Assembly: GCA_037447605.1 (NCBI GenBank)
Contig: CM074804.1
Location: 8,037,909 to 8,101,908, forward strand
DNA: 64,000 bases
Direction: 5' to 3'
Origin: Zygnema circumcarinatum SAG 698-1b
Taxonomy: Eukaryota; Plantae; Zygnematophyceae
Each line of letters opens with the position of its first letter. The stretch's first letter is position 1. Of this stretch, positions 1-24,494 are shown one piece after another. The translations under genes were made by a program, and so were the position numbers. Below the pieces are notes generated by a model. The model was not told where the DNA came from and did no database searches. It was given only the letters and a program-made list of their open reading frames with translations.

Positions 1-684
1 TCAGTGTGAGCGCAAGATGAGGGTGAAGGGGTTTTGGTTACTTCTCTCCCTCTTGCTCTTTCTACCTTTCTCTCGCTCTTTCTCCCTCGCTCTCCCACTC
101 TCTCTCTCTCTCTCTCACACCACACACATACACACAAAACGAGTTTGTAGGATGATGCGTGTATCATGGTCTCCTTCGCTGTAGAATAATGGTGGACGTC
201 CTTCCCATAGGTCGTAAGTTAAAGCAACTCAAGGGAGTGCTGAGGAAGGTATATTGTTCCTCTGTTCATTCTCTTAAGCTGTTAGTCTCAAAAGAAGGGT
301 GTCCAACCCACAATGTACGAGGGCGATTTCCATCTTGCAAGGTAATGATCGAAAGGAGGAGAGCCCTTCTTGGTGCTCAAGCTGATTATATTACTTTTCT
401 TTGTTCATGTTGGGTTGATCGGCCGTCATCCTTGCGAGGAAAGCCCTAAATGATTACCATTTTCACCATGGTGTGCTCGATGATGTCCCATGAGTTGTCC
501 CATGTTCACCATGATGTCCCATCTTTAGAACGGGACCGAATCTGCTCCTGTTGGAGCTTTTAAGATCCATTGAGTCAAGGGGCCAAAGATATGGCCACAA
601 GCGCCGAGGACCTGAAAGAGTAGCCTATACAACTTCCTGAATCACACCATAGTTTACGGCACAGCAGCTGCATATTCCGCCAGT

Positions 685-3600
685 TCAGACGTCGTGAAGT
701 CTCTGCCTCATCCTGTGCGCAAGAGTGGCCGGGGCGCAATCTATAGCTGTCTCTCCTGCAAAACAAACATAAAACAAACATCAAACCAATAAGTCGAGGC
801 CAGAGAAGCAGCCACACACACAGCCAAGGGGAAAGAGTTCAGATTCGAGATGCCAAAAATGCACGTGTTTATGGATTGAATAAGATTCAAGCTGGAGACA
901 TGCCTCGAAATGAGGATAAGTCAACTGTGACAGAAAAAACAGAGGAAAGGAAGGAAGCGCACCTTGCGCATTTTGGGCTTGTGGATTGGCTCCTGCATCG
1001 AGGAGGAGAAGCACGATCTCTGTCTGATTGAACATGGCTGCCTGCAATCCAGCCCAGCGTTTCCATTCATGCAAACATGCCTAGAATAGCAGTCATCAGA
1101 AAGAGACACTAAGAATGTCTGGGACTCCGGTTATACGTTTCAATGCCATAACCAGACAACCCAGCCATAGAAATCATAGGAATAGCACCTCCTTTTGCAG
1201 CAGCAACTTCCTATCATAAGATGTTGACATGCGTGAGTTTCATTGGTGACTAGAATACAGCAAAGGTCACTTACATGTAAACCCAAACCAGGCCAAGAAA
1301 TCTACCAAAACAGAACAGAGAAGTACTCACCAAATGCAGCAGCGGGAGGCCCTGCCGATCAACGTAGTGAGGACTCACCCCCTGTAAATGCATGATTACG
1401 ACTATCAATTATTCATTAGATTAATCGAAATTGTGCTCAAAGGGCACCTATAACACGAAGTGCTTGGTTGCACTCCTCATCCATCATCACGATAAAGCCT
1501 CCAGCTCACAGTGCAATTATGCATAGGACAGATGTTCAACAAGACAATTGTCACTAAATAACAATATAGTTCAGAAAGAGACGCGATATGCATGTGTGTT
1601 GGTCTGACCAAGCTCACGAATGCAAGATTTTTAAGGTTAACGTATGTGGATCCAACTGTGACCACCTATCACAAAATGCAGCCCAAACCACCTTCTTATT
1701 TGTTTGCTTCCCTCTGATTTCCGTTGGCGCAAACAGGTCTCGCTTACTCGCTCCAGAAGGCTCTTCACTCCAGACAAGTCCCCGTTCTTCACCGCTTCTC
1801 TCAGCCCCTGCCATCCTCCTGTTTTATGCTTCAGCCACTACTGGGGCCTCCATTCATCAACATTGCCAGCATTCAAAGTGAACATTCCCCACCATTGGGC
1901 AGTTATGAAGCCCCGGCCGGGCTCTACTGCTCCAATCTTCAACCTTAAAGTTCAGCCTTACCGTAGGCAAAGCGATCCTCGCTAAATTGTGTTGCAAAGA
2001 ATGGGAACGATGGTTTCTGGGAATGACAGTTCTAGCATTAGTCTTATCCGATATGGGAAAGGCCCTACCTCGCCTGTCGCTTCATAATCTTGCGAAGGAG
2101 TGTGATTTAGGGATGAGCTACTAGTACTCCCGCCTGTGAAAAACAGGCTTCAATCCCCACCCAAACTCAGCAATAATCAGCTTCAGGTCTGTACACGCAT
2201 GCTCCATGCTTCTGCTTCTTCACGTCAGCGACGAACAAGTCCTTATTTTCTCCCTCAACAGTTTGGATGGATACCTGGGTAGGCCATTGCTTGTGAAAGA
2301 TGAAGAGGGTGGAGGGGCCACCGCAGTTCTCTTTGGTTTAACTGATAGTCCAGCATTTGTTGCGGTGGGTTCCGGCACTGCTTCCTGCCACAGAACACTC
2401 GACAGGTTCAGAGAGAGCCTATCCCACCACCCTGCAATTGGAACACCGCAGTAGTAACGACATCAACAGGAAGGGACTTCAATAACCTTTTTAAGGCACC
2501 CTGCCCATCCCCAAAATCAGCGATGCTATTCAAATTCATCAAGCACCGGATTAGGGCTTTCAGAATCTGGATCAGGGTTTTCTACGGCGAAAAGGTCAAA
2601 ACCAAGCTACCAAACCTTACCTGGATTGGTGGCGGTGCTTCACAGATGCAGAGGGGCATTCCACACGTGCACAGGAAATCGGGCTCTGCTGGTTTTGGCA
2701 GTTCAGTGCCCATCTTTCGTCGGCCGCGTGACCGAGTTTCTTGCTCTATTGATGATGGACCGCCGGCAGGTGCCGTCGAGGGCTCGGTTCTCGCTTGAAC
2801 TGAAAGAGGATCTGACGATGCTGGCATTGTGCTGTCATGCAAGGGGCAGAGACACCATTGAGAGTATCTCCACAAAGCAAGCAGAAAAGGCAAGGTGATG
2901 CAGAGAACATTCGAAGCAGGCATCAACGCAAAGAAAAGCCTTCCATTCATTGAATATGAAAAAGAAAATGAGGGAGATAATCTTGTTTCAGAAATGCACG
3001 AACAGAGAGAAATAGATGAGGAACACATGGAACATTTACATAAGGAATAACTACGGCTTGCAAATCAGTTTATTCAATTCTACGAAGTTGGCAGGGCGCT
3101 TACCCGACTGGGTCATGATAACAGTTGTCACAAATCCGCACAGGAAAATTGAGGCCATATTGCGGAAGAGTCTGCTTTGAATGGCAAAAGAAGTCAGCCT
3201 TCTGCCATATACCTTGGAAGTGATCTGGCTAACGGTTTGAGGATGACGGAAATTTTTTGGCAATAACTACGATACAAGTCGCCTTAAATCGTTTTTATTG
3301 AGCACAGCCTGCTCGCAATTTAAGGCATTCACAGTACACAATTTGTTGCATGTAAAAAGTGCATGCATCAGTACGCATACCTTCGAATGTGCTGAATGGT
3401 CTGCGCAGACAGTTCTTCCACAAGCCCTGCAATGGTGCTGCAGAGGGCAGGAGGAAGAAGGTTGTTACTAGTGTAACGCGGAAAAGAAATAACGACGGGT
3501 GAGTGCCTTCCAATCAAGTTCACTCTGTGAAACATATTCTTTTTTTTTTTAACTGTGCAGGAGGTTCAAGAATATCGATTTTGTCAAGGATTTCCTTAAC

Positions 3601-4076
3601 CAAAGACGTTCACGAGAAATTAGGAAACAAAAGAATTACAAAAGGAAGACTTTCCAAGTATAAGCTGAAATCCTGCAACGCATGGTTTGCAAATCTGCAA
3701 AGGCGGCTTCAACGGTGCAATGGAGCCAGCACAAGGCAAGATCAAGTCGCTCGGTTCCATCGCCCTGTTACTTTCTCCACTAACCGTTCTATAATAAATA
3801 TATTGATTTCTTTTCAAGAAGGCAGCATAGAGCATTCGCTATACTACAATGTTGCATGCCTGCATCTTGCTGATTGTTCTAGCAAAAGAAAACATTACCC
3901 TGCCTTGTATGAGAACTTGTTGGCGTGCACATCACAGTTACAGATCACATCTAATATCAGAATAAATCCCTTCGCTTTTCACATACCCGACGCCGAAATG
4001 TGGTGAATGTGCACTTGCAGAATGAGCAATTTGCAGATTCTTGGAACGGAGGAGGCTCCTCTACTGTTGCCATCAT
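685..4076 (-). CDS. FYVE zinc-finger + C-terminal ankyrin-repeat protein (plant FYVE-ANK family), multi-exon
   Basis: Spliced at GT-AG sites: MATVEEPPPFQESANCSFCKCTFTTFRRR|HHCRACGRTVCADHSAHSK|QTLPQYGLNFPVRICDNCYHDPVG (FYVE R(R/K)HHCRxCG and RVC motifs), then FLCTCGMPLCICEAPPP, then GLREAVKNGDLSGVKSLLER|GVSPHYVDRQGLPLLHL|AAMFNQTEIVLLLLDAGANPQAQNAQG|ETAIDCAPATLAHRMRQRLHDV* (ankyrin). Stop at 685-687. One internal junction near 2130-2270 is ambiguous. Confidence 0.9.
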
Positions 4077-5374
4077 CCGCTTGCGTGTTCACCTTCCCCC
4101 TCTCTGCTTCCAATACGTCCTCTGTCACCCCTAAGCCTTATCTCATATCTTACTTTCCCTTGCCCTCCTGCTGCCCTGTAGCCCTGCAGCCAGGAAGCCC
4201 CCCTCCTCCTGCTTGCAGGAGGGCTCCTGGAAGTTGCACAGCTTCAGACTTTGAACTTGGGGCCAAACGGAGGGTGCCTTCTCCGTGCCTCCTCCTCTCA
4301 TTAAGCGGGAGCCACTCATGGCGTGCCACGTGTAAACGTAATCCGACGTGGCTAGTGGTGATTGGGCGACAAGAGACAACGAAGAGTCGCGCTGACTTGA
4401 TTTGTTGGGAAGTTGGTCTTCGTCACGTGGACCAATCATAGTCCATCACGTGGCGCCAGGTCAGCAAGGTTCGAGCCGAGCGAGGGCGGGCTTCAAACCG
4501 GCGGCTGGGGACCGGGCGGGATACTTTAGCGGTATCTGCGTCGAACGGCGACTGACGGACGAGGACGGCAGCGAGACGGACGGTGGAGCACGACGCCGGT
4601 GGACGCATGAAGTACGGAGAGAACAATGTCCTTGTGAATTTCTACCTTGTGGATGCTCATACAGTACAGTAGGGCGTATCAGACTTCAACAAGATGTTAC
4701 GAACATCGAGTTGTTAGCAGTGCTAAAGTCGAGGTTACGTCAACTGATCAATGTTGCAAAGATTAGACTGGTCACCACACGACGATGCCGGCAGGCCAAA
4801 TCTCATGTAAAGCTCATAGGTTCCCTCCTTTGAACAAACAGATATGTTGTTAAACATAAAAGTACAACTCAAAGACTGAGACTGCGATCCCAGAACAATG
4901 TTGACATCAACAAGATAGCAAAGCGCTACTTGAAAGGTCTTAACACTTGAATAACTCAAAAAAGGAAAGTAGGCCAAAAACTGGAACCGAGTCCAGCACA
5001 TGGTGTCCATGCTCCACCCCCCCTCCCCCTTTCCTACTAAAAGCGTGACACCTCACCACAACTGCATCCCACAAACAGACATAGAACAAAGGACTCCGCC
5101 TCCTCCTAACATTCAACAACTAAGACTAACAACCACTAACCAACTCTGTCTAGTCTTGACTATCTCCATTACTTCGACTGAGCATTAGCAGAGCTATAAA
5201 AATGAAAGAGAGTACTTACTCCTCAAAAAAAATATGTCACAAATAATTACATTGCCCCTAGGTAAGAGCAAGTACTCCTCATTTTTTGCCTTTCAAGCTC
5301 TTGCATTTTCGTGTAGTCGAAGGTTGCAACCTGTTCCTTTTGTTACAGCCGCGCTAACTCTCTCCAAATGACAT

Positions 5375-8300
5375 TTATTGGGCCTTTGCATTCCTCGGCC
5401 CACCCTTTTGCAGCGTGCCGAACAATGAATACATCGCCTTCTCAATTTCGTCGCAAGGCCCCATTTGGCCCTCTTGTGCATCAAAAGAGTTCAATCCAAA
5501 GGCCTTATTTTTCGTTATTTTCCCTCACTTCGTTTCGAGGTATCAAATCCAAACATTTACATCTGAACTCTCACCGCCTTTTTTGAGAATCCGGTTTCCG
5601 ATCCCTCTCTGCTTTTAGCAATGGTGGGAATATAACGACTATTGGTTTCGATGCAGCCATTTTTCAAACTCGGGCGATTGAACCAAATCACTCAACGCTG
5701 CCTGCGTGCATGCGTGAGAGACGCGAGCAGCTTCTTCTGAGCTTTGGAATCGTCGACGTTGCGAGCGATGAAATGTTGAGACACATACTTGCTCTTGGAT
5801 ATACGCGGGAATAAAATCTTTCCCATAATCACCTGCATGAGCACCAAAACATGCACCAAAACAAGATTCAGTTCAAGCGCCACTGCAATAACCAGCAAAG
5901 ACCGAGAAAAATCTCAGACTATCTCTTAGAAGAAGAAAAAATGACACGTAAAAAAAAAAAAAAAAACAAAGAGCAGCCACATCCAAGTCGACTTCAAACT
6001 CGATTTTAACACATCTACATCCATATAAATCTTACGAATTCAAGCGCATCTTCAATACAAGAATGAATGAATCGCAATGTCGTGCAAGAAGAAGACAGGT
6101 CTTGTTCCGTTGAAGACCTACCGCCAATGGCAGGATCAAAATCGTTTTGCTGACAAGCATTCCGTTGCTCGGAGAGGGTCCTCCTGCACACAACGGAAAC
6201 ATCCACGAATACAAAGAGAGTAAATTCAATATCCAACACAATGAGCCATAAGAAAATACGATTGCGAATGTCTCTTCAATTGTCCGGTTCCTCCAACATG
6301 GTTCAGCCCCGGGCCAAAACAACAGAAAGGCAGTTTTGCGGGAACATACCAGAGTAGTGCATGAAGCAGATATGAGGCAGTAGCCACCAGTAAAATGGCA
6401 AATGCAGAGTCTTCGGGATCGTAAGAACTCTGCAATCCTCACACAAAAATATATCGCGAATGAGAACACTAGACATGCTCAAATTGTACACTGAACCCAA
6501 CACTTAATCTACAGTTTAAAGTTTCACTTCAAGTTGCTTCTGCCTCAGAAAAAAGAGAGCATGAATTCTACGATGAAGCAGCTGCATGCAAAGAAAAGGA
6601 AAGGGAAAGAAGTACCTGACTGAGGAGAATTACAGACATGATGCGCATTACCCACTTCAAGAATTCAGCAATTGCAGGATCCACTATCCCGTCGAGTGTC
6701 AATACGACGCTTCGAGTAACCCAATAGCCGAGACCAGCTCCGATCGCAAGAAGCATAACGATTGATAATACAAGAACCTATACAGCAAGAAATCCAGTAA
6801 AAACACAACAAATAATGTCAGTTTTTTTTGGTCACAATTTCTTATGCTGTAAGGCAGGCAGCCCGATGTTGCGAGGCAGAAGAGTGGGCAGAAGAGTGGG
6901 CAGAAGGAGATTACCGAGAAGCCTGCCTCTCCATTTACACCTAAGCTGTGCAGCGCTCTGAATGCTTGAAACAACCAAAAAAATTGGCCAATAGAGCCGA
7001 TTGCCGTCTGCCACAAAAATAAAGAAAGGAACAAGGAACCCACGTTTTAGGACATCTTTACAAAGATACGACGATCAAACAAATAGCCAAACTGAGATTC
7101 ACCAATCAGTTCAGATAGTTAACCGCAATACATCAGAATCTAAAACTACTGTAGTCAACCCTTCAGTTACTTTAAATGAAGTTTTCCTCTAATCGAATGA
7201 AGTAGACAATCTCTAGCCCTTATTCTCCAGTTTTCAAAAAAAAAAAAAAAAAGCGTAAAACAAGGCATATCAAAGTAGCGACAGGATGATGATGAAGTGC
7301 GACGAGAGATTAGCAACTTACAACGAACCCGAAAAACATAATATACCATAGACCTTTCCCAATAGTTGGTGCCCGTAAAGCCTGCAAACATACCCTCATA
7401 CAGACCAGGTCAATCCTGTGTACCGAAATGTTCCGGTTGGCAATCGGAATTGGGTGGTTGCATGCATGGATCAAGAGCTAAAAAACTCACGGATCAAGAA
7501 ACATGACAACATGTCTCGATTGGTTGGTTGAAGAAAGTACCTTATACGGTAGAATCAATGCAATAAAAGCGACTCCAGAAAGCATTCCGCTGCTGTAATA
7601 AAAAAACAGCGATTGGCTTAGGATCGGAGCCATGACGAACAAGACGACGCCCAACAGGAAGAGATATACGCGAAACGTACGGAATTCTGCAAACACCGGA
7701 AATCCCCACAGAGGAAGAAAGGGATCAGCCAGAAATTCAAGCAAACCGAAGGTCTACCGATTTATTCCAAATAGAGCCTGTTTCTCTTCTTCCAAAGCCT
7801 CCCCTGCAACTCCTACCCGTGACGGTTGTCAACACATACCTTCTGTGAGTTGGACCTGCAACTTGCCGTTGGAGAGTCCTCGAGTTAAAGGAATCTTAAT
7901 GTCCACAATAGCTGTTGCCGATCGATACACACGGAAAGTCGAGATTCCCGTCTTATCTGAAGGAATCCAAATATGAGGGCAGGAGCCAATTTCAAATTTC
8001 TCATCCCTGCCACAAAAATGCGAGAAAAGACACAAAGAAGCAGCCAAGTAAACAGTTAAACAATTGACAAGTAAAAAACAATTCAACAAAATACGGCAAA
8101 TCTTGACGCTGTCACACTAAACGACAAAAGACGTTTTTGAAAGCTAAGGAAACGAGCAAGAATTCAGCATGCCCTCTGCAGCCGTAAGTGCATGCCAAGA
8201 AACTAAAAAGAAGCCAGAGAATAGTGCAGCAAGCAGTGAGCTCACCTCTGCAGACAGATCTCCGCGGTCGAGGAAGTCGTAAGCAATCGGCTGAAATAAG

Positions 8301-8832
8301 AAGTCTTCGTCTCATCGGTGAACGATGCAGTCACCTTGCTGACAAGAAAGTACTTCATTGCACGCGCATGCAGCGAGCAGGCAGGGACTCTGAATCGAAT
8401 GACCGCCGAATTCTCTCCATACACGTATTTTGAATCCAAAATTTCAATGGGAGCACTTACAGTAAGATCACCTGTATGCCACGAAATAAAATCATAGACT
8501 CAAACGTTAAGGAAGATATTCTTGCAACGCAGCAAAATCTTGTTGAAAGCTTCCAGTCAGCTTGAACAAAGACTGGAAAGGAAATACTTACAGCAAAAAA
8601 CACCACAAGGAATCAGAAAACGGCACAGTTTCCAAGAGCTGCTTCTGCAATCAACTCTGCTGCTGCTATCAAGCAGGGAAAAGCGCAACAGGCAAGCACA
8701 ATAACTGGACTCACCGGTTCCCACGAAGTTTGGCATGCCTTCAATAAGTGTCTCCGACACGGCATCATTCCCGCTCACCAAAGCCGCGCAAAGGAGCAGA
8801 AAGCTGGATAGAAATATCGCTGCGAACGCCAT
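5375..8832 (-). CDS. NEMP/TMEM194-family nuclear envelope integral membrane protein, multi-exon
   Basis: N-terminal signal-like MAFAAIFLSSFLLLCAALVSG (ATG at 8832). Exons EFRTFRVYLFLLGVVLFVMAPILSQSLFFYYSSGM and GAGLGYWVTRSVVLTLDGIVDPAIAEFLKWVMRIMSVILLSQ|SSYDP match the recalled plant NEMP core (FYYSSxM; GYWxxRxxVLxxDG; QSSxDP). The C-terminal exons and stop (~5375) are tentative. Confidence 0.78.
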
Positions 8833-8972
8833 GGCTCGAGAGAAGCAAGCAGAAGGTCCGCCCGTGGGTCTGTCCGCTCGCCTCAGAAGAAGAAGATGAA
8901 GAAGTAGGTGAAGCTGTGGAGGGCAGGCGCCTTTTGGCTCCCTGCCGTGCCAGGGACGGCAGCCAGGCTGCG

Positions 8973-9836
8973 CCGTCCGATCAAATCGGATGCAGTTTGG
9001 GCCGTCCGATTTCGAACAGAGACTCCTGTCCGCTTAATGGGCCCGAAGGCGGCCCGATAAGATTGGGACTGCGGGCGCCGTTCGCTGTTGGTGAGGCTGA
9101 CGTGGCCGTCGGGTAGAACTGGAAATGCCTGTGCCGATCGATGCACGTAGCGTTCACGGCAACCGTTCGATGGTCACGGAACAGTTAGTGCCGGCCGATG
9201 TGTTCGTCCTTCGAAGACCGTCCGATGGAACCGGCACTTCTTCGCATGAGTTTGTTGGCACCCTGTTAGGGCGCATTGTTTGGGTTCTAGCAGAAACCAA
9301 AGCATCATATCCTCATAAGCGTGTACGTGCATGTGAGTACAGTACAATGTCATGTTGTACCATAACCATGCACGATGACATTGTCTTCTACTCTATTGAA
9401 TGCTCCATGTAGTATGTTTATCGGCTCGCTCTCGCTGTACCGTCCGATGCAATCGTCGCACACACGTACCGTCCGATTTCGACGGTGTTTCGTTTGCGCT
9501 TTTTACACGGTCTTGTGTCGCCATCCCTTGACAACAACTTTAGGGTTCTCATCTTTGAACAAGCAAACACTCGTCAATAATGAAGCTTCTAGCTGCTCAG
9601 CTCAGCCCAAAGTCATGCAATTTTTTGTTGGGTCAAGAATCGTAGTTCAGTTGCATAGCGTTTTCTGATTGTTTCTAGGCCCTATGTGACCAGTCCCTTG
9701 TGGTTCTCCATGTTGTTGTTGAATATGCACCATTCATGCCATCGCCATCGCTGTTGGTGAAGCTGACGTGGCCGTCGGACAGAACTGGAACTGGACTCGC
9801 TCTTCCGTGGTTTCAGGGTGTGCCAGCGTCGGACGG
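8973..9836. promoter_or_regulatory. Divergent promoter (NEMP / DExH helicase) with repeated CCGTCCGAT and TGACGTGGC motifs
   Basis: CCGTCCGAT at 8973, 9002, 9218, 9440 and 9469, and inverted GTCGGACGG at 9828. TGACGTGGC occurs twice, inside a 43-bp direct repeat. Lies between head-to-head start codons at 8832(-) and 10083(+). Confidence 0.5.
9082..9790 (+). repeat. 43-bp direct repeat pair (9082-9124 and 9748-9790)
   Basis: tcgctgttggtgaGgctgacgtggccgtcggGTagaactggaa vs tcgctgttggtgaAgctgacgtggccgtcggACagaactggaa: 40/43 identical, 666 bp apart. Confidence 0.85.
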
Positions 9837-10082
9837 TTCCCTGTGCGCCGTAGCGTCAAAATGTGTGCCACGCCTGCGGACGGCACAGTGGCAGAAAATT
9901 TGAAACGCATGGAACTTGAGTGGTTTCTGCACTAGCGCAGCTCTCCCTCCACACTCTCTCGCGCGCTCTCTCTCGAACTCGCCCTGTCTCCCCTTTGCTT
10001 TCGCCAACTCTCCGCCTCCGCCTCTCAGGCTGTCCAGGCGGCGGCATGCCTGGAGCCGCCCTCCCTTCCTCCTTACTCCACC

Positions 10083-21067
<10,985 letters not shown>

Positions 21068-22455
21068 TGTTTTTGCTCACGTGGTGCTTTTTTAAAGAGC
21101 GAGAATTAATCGTTTTATCTTCGTTTTTTTTGTTTTTTTTTTTTTTCTATTGCTGAAGAAAAGATCATCTCATTGTTGGAGGTAGAACGCAGACAGGGAG
21201 GGAGTCGGGGCACGCTCGCAGCTCCAGAATCAAAGGGAAGGGTACTGTATGGCCAGTCAGTTGGGTAGTCTTGATTCTGAACTTGATTAGTCAGGCTTGT
21301 GGGGCTGTCTGTGCTTGCCATCTGTGAGTCCATGAAATTATTTCCATTGATCTTTATGAGCATGGACTCCAAAGGAAAAGTTCGTGCAGGTGTGAGGGCC
21401 CACTGCAAGCTGATGTCGATCGAGCACGTTCCAATGAAAATGTGCACGTGCAGATTTTTGCATACGTGGCGAGTCGCCATTGGGAGATGCTTGACTGGTT
21501 TAGTTTAAAGATAGGCCATTTGTTGTTGCTGCATTTCGATAGTGCAGACTGGACAGCAGCAGAGGCCACAACAGCTTCAAGGTGCTGAAGTATATGGGCC
21601 TATGTGGACAACAACCCCAACAACTAGGGAACCACGAGGAGCCAACCGCTCACGAAACTTTGGCTTGTAATAGGAAGACAGCGAGATAGTGGCCATGGAA
21701 CCCTCCCAAGAAGTATCCAACATCTCACCTAAGGCCATGAACCATGTCATGTCATTGACTAACATAAACCATGTTCAACAACGACAGGCGCGTGCCCCAA
21801 ACTGGCCGGCCGCCGGTCGGCCCCGAAAGCGTGTTGACCGGACCAGGAGGGACCAGGATCGTAATAACTTCCATCCGGACAATGTTGGGGCATTGTACGG
21901 ATATATTTATTATCCAACCGTACGGTAAGAATGGCATCCGTACGAACTTCATACAAAACTGTACGAAAACCTGCAAGTCCAAATGCTGGACTTTCGAACG
22001 AGCTGCAGAGGCTGGCTGGGAGGGAGGGAGGGAAAGGGAGAAAGAGTGGGGGCGAAGGGGGGGAGGGAGAGAGGAGCAAGAGGGAGAGGAGCGGTATTCC
22101 TGCCTGCTAGAGCCATTTTTTTTTTTTAACCTAATTCCTTTTTATTTCTTGCGTTTCTCGTCGTTGTTAACTGTGAATGTGTGCCGCTGGTTCTGTTCAG
22201 CTCCGAGCAGCAGCCATGAGGGCGGGCATTTGAAGCAGATTAGGGCGCAGGAAGCAAGAGGACGGCAAGGGGCAGTCTGGGCTGTGCCTGAGTCTGAGGG
22301 CAAACTTCTAGAGAGGAGAAGGAGAGCAGGAGGAAGGAGAAAAAGGTGAGGAGAGAGTTAGAGGAGGAGGCAGAGAAAGTGGGAGTGAGTGGGGGAAGAG
22401 AGAGGAAGGGTGACCTCTTCCTCTATCGTATTCCTTATCATTAGAAGCTGCAATC

Positions 22456-24494
22456 ATGAGCTTCATATTCGGCAAGCGGAAGACTCCGGCAGGTGCGTGC
22501 AGCCGCCCTGCCATCTGGTCCCTGCCTCCATATTCCCTTTGACCTATACTCTTCGCTTTACTTAAAAACGTTCGTTTGCATCTTGAACCATTTCTTCTTA
22601 AGGAATCAGGAAGGTGGTGGAAGAGTCAACTTGGTTGCCAAACATTGAACAGGAAAGTGGAGTTTGGCTGTGGCTATTGCAGAGCTCCTGCGAGAAAACA
22701 AGCGCATGCTGGATCGCTCCATTCGGGACATCGAGCGGGAGAGACAGCAGTTGCAGGCGCAGGAGAAGAAACTGATCGCAGAAATTAAGAAGACTGCAAA
22801 ACAGGGGCAGATGGTGGGCCCTTTGCTTTTTTGTCGCTCCCGCAATGAGCCATTTGTTCAGTGCGTGCATCATGACGAAGTGCAGGGTTCATCATCTTAA
22901 TTTATATGCCTTCTTTTTTAGTTTTGGATGACGTGTATTGTTTGCATTCATTCATTGCCAAATGTCGATACTGTGTACGCGAAATATGCATGTGATTATG
23001 TATTCTTTATCGAATGAATAGAGAGGTCTGCTTTATCGCCTTCTTTCTGCAGAAACGTTTCGCTTGCCTAGTTGGATAGTTGTTCTGCACTTAACATGAC
23101 TAGTTTTGCCATTTTGTGTTTCAATTTACGTCGAAATTCTTATTTTTCTCCCACTGCTTTGCTCAGAAAACTCGACTGTGTAAAGGCGTCTGTGTTTTCC
23201 GTACTAATGCTCTCGCAGGGAGACCGGTTTGCAGGGAGCTGTGAGGGTTATGGCAAAGGATCTTATTCGAACAAGGCACCAAATAACAAAGTTTTATGGG
23301 CTGAAGTCTCAGCTGCAGGGCATTTCATTAAGAATACAGGTAAGAAGGCAGCTTTTTATCCAATACTCAATATCCATTTTAGGTGCATTTTGGTAAAGCA
23401 AAAGCTTGAGCCTCTCAGGCAAGCATTAGAAGCGGATCAGCTCCAACCTGATGAGACGTTTTTGCATTTGAAGGGCGTGTTCTGCCAGCTGTTGAAAGTT
23501 TTGTGTTTGTGTACAGACTCTGAAGTCGACACAGGCCATGGCGGAAGCCATGAGGGGAGTCACGAAGGCCATGGGCCAAATGAACAAGCAGCTCAACCTG
23601 CCCGCGCTCCAAAAGATAATGCAGGAGTTTGAGCGTCAGAATGAGAAGATGGAAATGACTTCGGAAATGATGGGGGATGCCATTGATGATGCCTTGGAAG
23701 GAGACGAGGAAGAGGAGGAAACGGAGGAGCTCGTGAATCAAGTTTTGGATGAAATTGGAATTGATTTGGATCAGCAGGTTCGTGCTCTCTTCTTTGGAAT
23801 ACGATATCTTGTCAATTGCTCAATATGTTACAAAAATTCAAGGGTTGGACGCTCGATCAAATTACCTGATCCATGTCATTGGTTGAAGTTGCTGCGAGTC
23901 CCCATGAATTCAGCTCATGCCGTCGTTAGTGCAAAAAGTTGGGTCAGTTAGGTCCATCAGCAGACTCGGATTGACTTCAAATTCACTTACTCTCTCCCAA
24001 TGCAAAGACCATTCCTTCTATCTAAAAGGCACATACACTTAATTATCGAAAGCACTCACCCGCATGTATGGTCTAGTAAAGCAGAAGGTCATATTGCTGC
24101 TGTTCAGTAGATGCGGTAAGGCACATTCGTCTGTATATAGTCTAAGCGGGGGGGAGATGGGAAGGGAGGAAGAGAGAGAGAGGGATTCCTGGGATTCCAC
24201 TTTTCCTTCTCCCCACCCTCCTTCCAGATGCATGCGGCCTGTCTCCCATGCTGCCAATAATCTCCATTAGCAAGCCCCTGAATCTCTTACTGACGGGAAT
24301 TTAAACATTTTTCTGCCTTGCCCCTCCTTCCGCAGCTTGTCAACGCTCCTGCGGTTGCCGCCCAGCCCCAGGTGCAGGCCACAGCCGCCAAAGTTGCTCA
24401 GCCGGCGGGAGCAGGGGGAGGAGGCCCGCCCCCTGAAGGCGACGGCATAGACAGCGACTTGCAAGCTCGGCTGGACAACTTGAGGCGGCTGTAA
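22456..24494 (+). CDS. VPS2: ESCRT-III subunit VPS2/CHMP2 (Snf7 family), 5 exons
   Basis: MSFIFGKRKTPA|ELLRENKRMLDRSIRDIERERQQLQAQEKKLIAEIKKTAKQGQM|GAVRVMAKDLIRTRHQITKFYGLKSQLQGISLRIQ|TLKSTQAMAEAMRGVTKAMGQMN...|...DSDLQARLDNLRRL* (MIM1 motif). All introns are GT-AG. Confidence 0.97.

Noticed and set aside
159-449. 96-aa ORF at the window start
   Set aside because: No recognisable motif or splice-consistent partner exon.
9082-9790. Miniature LTR element (TRIM) bounded by the 43-bp direct repeats
   Set aside because: No TG...CA termini, PBS, PPT or TSD seen. Kept only as a direct repeat.
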